A stretch of 32,000 bases of DNA from Xylanibacter ruminicola 23 (GTDB lineage Bacteria; Bacteroidota; Bacteroidia; Bacteroidales; Bacteroidaceae), in NCBI RefSeq assembly GCF_000025925.1, contig NC_014033.1, positions 990,001 through 1,022,000 on the forward strand, in the 5' to 3' direction. The position numbers and the translations under genes were made by a program. The stretch's first letter is position 1. The number at the start of each line of letters is the position of its first letter. This document shows, in pieces, positions 7,663-13,809 of this stretch. The notes beneath the pieces were generated by a model. That model ran no database searches, was not told the origin of the DNA, and saw only the letters and a list, made by a program, of their open reading frames with translations.

Positions 7663-8765
7663 GCTTTGGGTATGTAGGGGATAATCAGGTCGAACTTAGC
7701 GCCCTGGGTGTATGTGGTATCGAGTGTGAGCGTGCCGCCCATGTGCTGGGCCACCATGCGGGCTATCGACAGACCGAGACCGGCACCCTGACTAAAGCTA
7801 TCCAGCTTGGTGAAACGCTCAAATATCAGCTCGCTCTTGTCGGCTGGAATACCGCAGCCGGTATCGGTTACGGCAAAATGCATCTTGTCGGCCTCGTGGT
7901 CCAGACTCAGTGTGATGCTGCCCTGCTTGGTAAACTTGGCGGCATTGTCTAACAGTTTGGCCAGGATGATGCCTACCAATCGTGGGTGGCACATCACCTT
8001 CTCCTCGGCGGGGATGTTACATTGGCTGTCTACCTTTACGCCCTTCTCTACAACCGTTGCGATAGCATCTACGGCACCTGCCATCGTCATCAGTGGCATG
8101 CACTCCTCGGCTGGTGGCAGCTCGGTGTCGCCCTCCATGTGCGATATCAGTATCAGGTCGTCAAGAATGTTTGTCAGCAGTCGGGTGTTCACCTGTATGC
8201 GCGTGCTGTAATCCTGTCGGTCCTGTTCGGGCAGCTCCATGCCGGGCATGGTAAGTATCTGCGTAAAACCGCTGATGGCGTTAAGTGGCGTGCGTATCTC
8301 GTGTGTCATGCTCTGCAGGAATGCCGTTTTGGCTTTCGATGCCGCCTCGGCACGGTCGCGCTCGATAGACAGCTGCTTGTTTTGTGCCACCACCACGTTA
8401 CGTTCGCGCTCCAGCTGTCGGTTTTTTATCTCCAGGGTGTGGCGCCAACGGTTGTTGGCCGACAGGAACAGCAGGAAACCGATAATGCCCAGAATCATCA
8501 CCACGCCACCCGATGTGAATCGTGATCGCTGCTGCAGCTGTTGGTTCTGTCGGCGCATCGCCTCCATCTCTTCGTGCGAAATCTGCTCCTTTATAGGCGC
8601 TTGTTGTATGTTGTTGGCAGCTGCCTTTTGGGGCACACTATAAGTCTGAGGTTGAACATTCGGTGCTTGATGTTCAAACTTACATGCCGATAAAGCGATG
8701 ATAATCAACAGCATAGCTATAGTAGCCGTTGTAGCCGTTAGTAATTTCTTAAGTAATTGTTCCAT
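7659..8765 (-). CDS. Membrane histidine kinase (HisKA + HATPase_c); no receiver domain and no adjacent response regulator
   Basis: H-box HEIRTPLNAISGF, N-box LLDNAAKFT, G-boxes DTGCGIP and GAGLGLSI, with two TM segments. The ORF-track start at 8789 is a TTG inside the -7 box, so I take the ATG at 8765 (MEQLLKK). The stop overlaps the permease ATG as ATGA. Confidence 0.85.
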   Translation of the reverse strand: MEQLLKKLLTATTATIAMLLIIIALSACKFEHQAPNVQPQTYSVPQKAAANNIQQAPIKEQISHEEMEAMRRQNQQLQQRSRFTSGGVVMILGIIGFLLFLSANNRWRHTLEIKNRQLERERNVVVAQNKQLSIERDRAEAASKAKTAFLQSMTHEIRTPLNAISGFTQILTMPGMELPEQDRQDYSTRIQVNTRLLTNILDDLILISHMEGDTELPPAEECMPLMTMAGAVDAIATVVEKGVKVDSQCNIPAEEKVMCHPRLVGIILAKLLDNAAKFTKQGSITLSLDHEADKMHFAVTDTGCGIPADKSELIFERFTKLDSFSQGAGLGLSIARMVAQHMGGTLTLDTTYTQGAKFDLIIPYIPKA

Positions 8766-8786
8766 TGGTCTGACTCTTTTCGAGTG

Positions 8787-8794
8787 CAAAGGTA
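8787..8794 (-). promoter_or_regulatory. -7 promoter box TACCTTTG (minus strand) for the kinase-permease operon
   Basis: The reverse complement of CAAAGGTA matches TAnnTTTG. It lies 21 nt upstream of the ATG at 8765. Confidence 0.45.
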
Positions 8795-8836
8795 CAAAAA
8801 AAAGATGGCACGAACAAATATCCGTGCCACTTTTTT
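8795..8836 (-). terminator. Bidirectional hairpin terminator immediately after the lysin-like gene
   Basis: Stem TGGCACG / CGTGCCA (8806-8812 / 8823-8829). A T-run follows on the minus strand (plus-strand A-run 8795-8803), and a T-run also follows on the plus strand (8831-8836). Confidence 0.7.
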
Positions 8837-9260
8837 AAGCGTTATTTTGGCTTAGATTCCAGCCTTGTAACATGGGGATGGGATTGATGTCGGTGGTGCC
8901 GTTTTCGTGGATGGCCATGGCTGCGGCGACGGTTATCCAGCGCAGTGGTTGCTCTGCTGGGTTGCCCAGGCACTCCAGGGCTCCGATACCCGATAGCTGT
9001 GCCACATGATCGATATACGCGCGGGTGTTGTTTTCGGCCACCGGTGCCCATTTATGGATGATGTCGCGGATGTTGTACAACCGGTATTTATGATAGTACG
9101 TGCGCGTAAGCAGTCTGAAGGCGGCGCGCCACCCCCACTCCATACTCTCAAACTGGCAGAAGTCGCCATCCTGTTGCTGTGCCTTCATGCCCTTCCACTT
9201 ATCGCCGCTAAGTCGGATGTTAAGTGGGTTGCAATTACGTAGTCCTCGTGGTGTGCTCAT
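8835..9260 (-). CDS. Phage-type cell-wall hydrolase-like protein (family often annotated 'structural protein P5')
   Basis: 141 aa. The N-terminal RNCNPLNIR motif resembles the NNPGNIR signature. No signal peptide. The ATG overlaps the stop of the upstream small membrane protein as ATGA. The family assignment is from memory of the motif, not from a search. Confidence 0.5.
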   Translation of the reverse strand: MSTPRGLRNCNPLNIRLSGDKWKGMKAQQQDGDFCQFESMEWGWRAAFRLLTRTYYHKYRLYNIRDIIHKWAPVAENNTRAYIDHVAQLSGIGALECLGNPAEQPLRWITVAAAMAIHENGTTDINPIPMLQGWNLSQNNA

Positions 9261-9499
9261 GATGGTAGTCGTTTGCTGATGATGTTTACATAGTGGTTAA
9301 GCCCGAAGATAGAGGCGGCAAACAGGAATGCCTGTGCCACGTAGAATAGCAGTCCGGTGGCCACATCGTTGATGCTCACCACCTGATACGTCACCAGCCC
9401 GATGCTGCTCACAATGAGCAGCACGGCACTGGCATACTGAGAGGTTTTAAAACTTGTGTTTTCCATGGTACTTAGATTTAGTAAGTGCTGCAATGACAT
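9257..9499 (-). CDS. Small two-TM membrane protein, holin-like by position
   Basis: 80 aa, or 69 aa if it starts at the ATG at 9466 (MENTSFK). Two hydrophobic helices (AVLLIVSSIGLVTYQVV and LLFYVAQAFLFAASIFGL) and a basic C-terminus (SKRLPS). Translationally coupled to the lysin-like gene. Confidence 0.45.
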   Translation of the reverse strand: MSLQHLLNLSTMENTSFKTSQYASAVLLIVSSIGLVTYQVVSINDVATGLLFYVAQAFLFAASIFGLNHYVNIISKRLPS

Positions 9500-9574
9500 A
9501 GATTACAACCCTGACGATTACTTTTACTGTTTTGTTCATAATTCTGTGTGTTTAATGAGTATCTGTTTACGTTA

Positions 9575-9582
9575 CAAAGATA
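9575..9582 (-). promoter_or_regulatory. -7 promoter box TATCTTTG (minus strand) for the membrane protein / lysin pair
   Basis: Plus-strand CAAAGATA is the reverse complement of TATCTTTG. It lies 75 nt upstream of the ATG at 9499. Confidence 0.4.
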
Positions 9583-9764
9583 CGAAAAATAATCGAAACG
9601 GCCAAGGGTTTTATGATAAATTTTTGTGCAAAAACTTTATTTAAAGTAACACTATAGTTTACATATAATAAAATATTGTTATCTATGTGTTTACAATGTT
9701 TATATTTTTGTTTCTTTTGTACATATTGATACACCAAACACTTGTACATATCAATATTTTTTAG

Positions 9765-9772
9765 TACCTTTG
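9765..9772 (+). promoter_or_regulatory. -7 promoter box TACCTTTG for the primase-helicase gene
   Basis: Matches TAnnTTTG and lies about 107 nt upstream of the ATG at 9880. It is preceded by direct repeats (TTGTACATAT x2) and an inverted repeat (ATATTGATA / TATCAATAT). Confidence 0.45.
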
Positions 9773-9879
9773 TTGCTGGTTGGGATTTAAGCCTGAGCAC
9801 GGGCCCCAGCAATCGCTGAAAAAACGTCTATGGCGATTGTAGTGCAAGACACAAAACTAAACCAAATGTAACAATCATT

Positions 9880-12648
9880 ATGACCCAAAACTTATTAGAG
9901 AAAATCTACGACCATTCAAATAATGGTCTAGATATCATTTTCGACGTATGCCCTCAGGCCGTCGATGCAGTAGCCAACAAGCGTAAGTTCCGTTTGCGTA
10001 GCAACGAGCACACCCCTTCGGCTTGTGTTTATCCGCCTACAGGAAACGTCGCCTACTGGCACGTAAAGGACTTTGGCATGGGCGAAGGCGAAGGTTACTT
10101 CTCGCCTATCGACCTGTACATGTGGGATCGCGGCTACACGCAAGCCCAGTTTGCAATAGCTGTTCAGGAGTTGGCCGAGCAGTATGGTGTACAGGACGAA
10201 CTGAAGCAGGGTGCTAACAAGCCCGAGGTGATTAAGCGCCCCGCCCTGCCCTGCGAAATTGGCAAGCCCGTTAGGGTTACCTATGGCGATGGTTTTACTG
10301 CTGCCGACCTGAGTGTTTGGGGACCTTGTGTAAAGGCCGAACACCTTATGGAATTGGGTTGGCGTACAGTGGCGGCCATTACCCGTACCAGCGATGGCAC
10401 CACTACCATTAAGAAACCCACCGACACCTATCCTATATATGCGCAGGTATGCATGTATCAGGATGACGATGGCAATATGCAGTCGTTTATCAAGGTTTAC
10501 GAACCCAAGAACTTCAACAAGTCGTTCCGTTTCAGTATCATCGGGCATAAGCCCCAGCACTATCTCTTCGGACTGGCAGCCCTGCGCCGCAAGTACGAGG
10601 AACGTGGCGAAGTTAAGCTCGACGAGGTGGTGATAGTTTCGGGTGGCAGCGATGCCGCAAACTGCTTAAGCTTGGGCTATCAGCCCGTATGGCTGAGCAG
10701 CGAGACCGAGACACTGCAGGAGTCCGATCTGAAGTTGCTAATGAAATACGCCAAGCGCGTGGTTAACATCCCCGATATCGATGATACCGGCATGAAGGCA
10801 GGTCGCCGACTGGCACTTAGCCTGCCCACAATTCATACCGCTTGGATGACTGCCAGCGACATGCACCTACTGCACGACAACCGTGGTCGCTATCGCAAGG
10901 ACCTGAAGGATTATATCCAGCTTAATCCCCATCGTGCTGCTATGCGACGCCTGATTAGTCGTGCCCAATGTGCACAGTATTGGATAGAGCGCCACGATAA
11001 AGATGGCAACATCTCCTATTCCATCTCAGCTGCCCGGCTTAACTATTATCTGGCACTTAACGGCTACTACACGTTGAAGGACGACGCGCACAAGGACCCC
11101 GTTTACATTCATATAGATGGTATTAAGGTTACGCGCGTGATGGCCAAAACGATTACCAACTTCCTGTTCACTCAGGCGCAGCGCGAGGGATTAGACGAGG
11201 CATTACAGAATCGACTGCTGCGCAGCCACGATTTGCCAACAAACAGCGTGAGCCATCTAATAGAGTGCGACAACCTCGACTTTAATAATTCCACACCCAC
11301 ATCACAGCGATTTTATTTCCGTAATGGTTGGGTTGAAGTAACGGGCAGTGACATCACACGGCATCCCTACTCTAATCTGTGCGACAGTTATGTGTGGGCC
11401 GATAATATCGTGGAGCATGATTATCGTAACATGCCGGCGATGTTCACGGTTGATAAGAATAGTGAGGGGCAGCTTGTGGTAGCTATTACCGAAAATCAAC
11501 CTAGCAAACTGTTTCAGTTTGTGATAAATGCCTCCAGGCTGTACTGGCGCAAGGTTGATGAGGGCCATCAATCACTTACCCTCCAGGAGCGCAACGACGA
11601 GAATCAATGCCTGCTGGCCAAGCTGGTTAATATTGGTTATCTGCTGCATGGCTATAAGTCGGAGTCGGCTGCATGGGCCACATTCTGTATGGACTCTACG
11701 ATGGGCGAAACCGAGGACGAGTGCAATGGGCGTAGCGGCAAGTCGTTCTATCTCAAGGCACTAGGCCAACTGCTTAACACTTTTAGCATCGAGGCGCGTG
11801 TAAAGTCGGTGGTCGAGAACCGATTCTTGTTTGATGGTGTGAGCGAGAAAACCGATCTTATCATTGTAGATGAGTGCCACAAGGCCCTGAACTTTGATTA
11901 TTTCTTTGGCAGGATCACCGGCACCTTCCGTGGCGAGGCCAAAGGCGATCACCCGTTCGAGATTCCATTCTCCAAGAGTCCTAAGTTTGCCTTTGGTACC
12001 AACTATACCATCCGCAAGAACGATCCCAGCACCATGGGACGTGTTTGGCCGCAGATATTCTCCGATTACTATCACGAGAAAACCAAGCAAAACGACTATC
12101 TGCAAACACGTAAGATTAGCGACGACTTTGGTTGCAACCTGATGGGCTCAGAATATCCCGAGAACGACTGGCAGGCCGATATCGCCTTCCTCATGCAGTG
12201 CGTAAAGCTTTACCTGTCGTTGCCCGCAGCTGAGCGCAAGATAATGCCACCAATGCAGCAGGTTGAGCGCCGTGCTGAGCGTGCCGCTGTGGGTAAGGAC
12301 TTCGAGGAGTGGGCCGAGGTGTATTTTGCGCCTGATGGCGGTAATCTCGATCGCGAAATTAAGCAAGACGAGATGTATGCCAACTTTAGTCGCGAGATAA
12401 CATATCGTGTATCCAAGAACGTGTTTACCAAGCGCCTCAAAGCCTACTGCGATTATGCCTCGCACATCCATTGCCTTAATCCCGCATCAATTACTGGTAA
12501 ACCTAAGGATGGCGAACGTATTCTGCGCCGCGCCGATGGAGTGCTTTCGTACTTTTACTATGTGCAGTCGACTGAGGAATATGAGGCTAAACTAGCCGAG
12601 AGAGCGCAGAGAGGATCCGAGTCCGAAGAGCAGGTCATCATATTCTAA
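9880..12648 (+). CDS. Primase-helicase-like replication protein (toprim-like domain + P4/D5/VirE-type P-loop NTPase)
   Basis: 922 aa. Toprim-like segment: VVIVSGGSDAAN ... NIPDIDDTGMKAGRRLA. Walker A is NGRSGKSF and Walker B is DLIIVDE, in the C-terminal half. The N-terminal EHTPSACVY resembles the TPSF core of the DnaG CHC2 zinc finger but lacks the cysteines. Confidence 0.75.
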   Translation: MTQNLLEKIYDHSNNGLDIIFDVCPQAVDAVANKRKFRLRSNEHTPSACVYPPTGNVAYWHVKDFGMGEGEGYFSPIDLYMWDRGYTQAQFAIAVQELAEQYGVQDELKQGANKPEVIKRPALPCEIGKPVRVTYGDGFTAADLSVWGPCVKAEHLMELGWRTVAAITRTSDGTTTIKKPTDTYPIYAQVCMYQDDDGNMQSFIKVYEPKNFNKSFRFSIIGHKPQHYLFGLAALRRKYEERGEVKLDEVVIVSGGSDAANCLSLGYQPVWLSSETETLQESDLKLLMKYAKRVVNIPDIDDTGMKAGRRLALSLPTIHTAWMTASDMHLLHDNRGRYRKDLKDYIQLNPHRAAMRRLISRAQCAQYWIERHDKDGNISYSISAARLNYYLALNGYYTLKDDAHKDPVYIHIDGIKVTRVMAKTITNFLFTQAQREGLDEALQNRLLRSHDLPTNSVSHLIECDNLDFNNSTPTSQRFYFRNGWVEVTGSDITRHPYSNLCDSYVWADNIVEHDYRNMPAMFTVDKNSEGQLVVAITENQPSKLFQFVINASRLYWRKVDEGHQSLTLQERNDENQCLLAKLVNIGYLLHGYKSESAAWATFCMDSTMGETEDECNGRSGKSFYLKALGQLLNTFSIEARVKSVVENRFLFDGVSEKTDLIIVDECHKALNFDYFFGRITGTFRGEAKGDHPFEIPFSKSPKFAFGTNYTIRKNDPSTMGRVWPQIFSDYYHEKTKQNDYLQTRKISDDFGCNLMGSEYPENDWQADIAFLMQCVKLYLSLPAAERKIMPPMQQVERRAERAAVGKDFEEWAEVYFAPDGGNLDREIKQDEMYANFSREITYRVSKNVFTKRLKAYCDYASHIHCLNPASITGKPKDGERILRRADGVLSYFYYVQSTEEYEAKLAERAQRGSESEEQVIIF

Positions 12649-12678
12649 CGGTACTGTTTTTGTGCTTTTTTGTTTCAG

Positions 12679-12706
12679 GCCTGCCCCGTTTGGGGCGGGC
12701 TTTTTT
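12679..12706 (+). terminator. Rho-independent terminator after the primase-helicase gene
   Basis: GCCTGCCCC-gttt-GGGGCGGGC forms a 9-bp stem with one G-U pair, followed by TTTTTT. Confidence 0.8.
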
Positions 12707-12710
12707 ATGG

Positions 12711-12935
12711 GGTGTTGCAAATATTGCAGTTGCAATAGCAAATATACTATCTTCATACTCATTTTTAGAATACTATATATACCCTGTTTTTTAGATTTTA
12801 ATTGCAACACCGCAACAGATAGTCATTCTAGAAATCTATCTATTTGTTAATCAGACGTATATGCAGTCGTCTTGGTATTGCAAATAGGTGTTGCAATTGT
12901 GTTGCAGATAAAAACCGCCGCATATTTGCAACACC
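12711..12935. promoter_or_regulatory. Iteron-like repeat field (candidate replication origin or operator array)
   Basis: The perfect 10-mer GGTGTTGCAA occurs at 12711 and 12887. Its reverse complement TTGCAACACC occurs at 12802 and 12926. Degenerate copies: ATTGCAG 12723, GTTGCAA 12729, GGTATTGCAA 12874, TGTGTTGCAG 12898. An AT-rich core lies at about 12736-12800. Small palindromes: AGATAG..CTATCT (12817-12841) and AGACG..CGTCT (12853-12871). Confidence 0.6.
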
Positions 12936-12985
12936 CAATCCCCCTTTTCAGCGCCTCTGCGCATCCCCTTTTACCCTAACACTAA

Positions 12986-13019
12986 CCCCGCTCTACTATC
13001 ATAGTAAAGCGGGGTTAGT
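12986..13019. repeat. 34-nt hairpin repeat R1 (CCCCGCTCTACTATCATAGTAAAGCGGGGTTAGT)
   Basis: Long imperfect palindrome, AACCCCGCTCTACTAT / ATAGTAAAGCGGGGTT. It lies 13 nt downstream of the toxin stop and is 32/34 identical to R2 in the same orientation. Confidence 0.8.
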
Positions 13020-13032
13020 ATTAGTGGGGATG

Positions 13033-13356
13033 TTATTTTATTCTTAAAATAAGCGTTTCGGGGTTCATCCTTACGTCCCAGATATCAACTACATGTACTG
13101 TGTCTGCTGCTTCGTCGTAGTAATGAATAAGTTTAAAACGGCGATTCATAAGATGTCTACGACGATACGATACCGATTCGTTGGCCAACAGTTCTTCGGG
13201 GGGATATGATTCGGGGAATAACTTTACACGCTCTTCAAAAGCGGCTATTTCTGTTTTCCAACGTAAGGCTGTTGATTTTCCGAATTCTAAGTATGCATAG
13301 TTAATGTGCTCATCAAGCAGAATCAGCACATTTTCGTGCCAGATTATCTTAGCCAT
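13033..13356 (-). CDS. Type II toxin, RelE/ParE family
   Basis: 107 aa from MAKIIWHENV. The C-terminal pattern FKLIHYYDEAADTVHVVDIWDVRMNP is typical of ParE/RelE toxins. It overlaps the upstream ORF by 13 nt. The ATG at 13404 was rejected because it gives a 61-nt overlap. Confidence 0.7.
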   Translation of the reverse strand: MAKIIWHENVLILLDEHINYAYLEFGKSTALRWKTEIAAFEERVKLFPESYPPEELLANESVSYRRRHLMNRRFKLIHYYDEAADTVHVVDIWDVRMNPETLILRIK

Positions 13357-13619
13357 GGGTATTTTTTCGAAAGGCGGTTCCACATCTGTTCCGACGTAGC
13401 CCATTTACTGGGATTGTTGCGATCCTCCCATGCCTGATTAATTCTGGCTTTAGCTTCGTCAATGTTCTTAGCTCCGAATACGGGCATGCTATCCCAATTC
13501 ATATCATCAATCTCGTCGTGTACATAATGCACACCGTCATGATGCTGCGTAGCTAATTCTGCAGCGGGTTCGCTGGCAGTTTGGCATTTAGTTTCTATGT
13601 CTTTTATGTCTTCACTCAT
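13344..13619 (-). CDS. Candidate cognate antitoxin (no family recognised)
   Basis: 91 aa with an acidic N-terminal half. The call rests on its position immediately upstream of, and overlapping, the ParE-like toxin. I recognise no RHH or HTH signature. Confidence 0.45.
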   Translation of the reverse strand: MSEDIKDIETKCQTASEPAAELATQHHDGVHYVHDEIDDMNWDSMPVFGAKNIDEAKARINQAWEDRNNPSKWATSEQMWNRLSKKYPWLR

Positions 13620-13650
13620 TTTTTTATGCTGTTGAGTTATCTTTCGTGTG

Positions 13651-13658
13651 CAAATATA
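13651..13658 (-). promoter_or_regulatory. -7 promoter box TATATTTG (minus strand) for the toxin-antitoxin pair
   Basis: Plus-strand CAAATATA. It lies 31 nt upstream of the ATG at 13619. Confidence 0.45.
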
Positions 13659-13721
13659 CGATTAAGTATGCAAACTACAAAATAAATCACGATTTTTTTT
13701 AGTTTCTGCTGAAACTAGCAC

Positions 13722-13755
13722 CCCCGCTCTACCATGATAGTAAAGCGGGGTTAGT
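13722..13755. repeat. 34-nt hairpin repeat R2 (CCCCGCTCTACCATGATAGTAAAGCGGGGTTAGT)
   Basis: 32/34 identical to R1 in direct orientation. It lies 54 nt downstream of the stop of the BIG2 lipoprotein gene. Confidence 0.8.
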
Positions 13756-13809
13756 GTGATTGGGCGGGGAGTCATCGCCTGGGGGCGATGGCTGGGTGAT
13801 TAGGGCACC

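Noticed and set aside
8766-8789. ORF-track start of the histidine kinase at 8789
   Set aside because: That codon is TTG and lies inside the predicted -7 promoter box. The first ATG (8765, MEQLLKK) is more plausible.
9456-9812. ORFs 9456-9644 (+) and 9567-9812 (-) in the divergent intergenic region
   Set aside because: These are AT-rich, low-complexity translations that overlap each other and the predicted promoters. I see no coding signal.
12662-12850. 62-aa Cys-rich ORF (MGCCKYCSCNSKY...) in the iteron field
   Set aside because: The cysteines are a by-product of the repeated TTGCA motif, which gives TGC codons. The ORF spans the primase-helicase terminator and has no promoter. It is most likely spurious.
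13357-13404. Longer form of the ParE-like toxin starting at the ATG at 13404
   Set aside because: It would overlap the antitoxin-position ORF by 61 nt and add a non-conserved 16-aa extension. MAKIIW at 13356 matches typical ParE N-termini.
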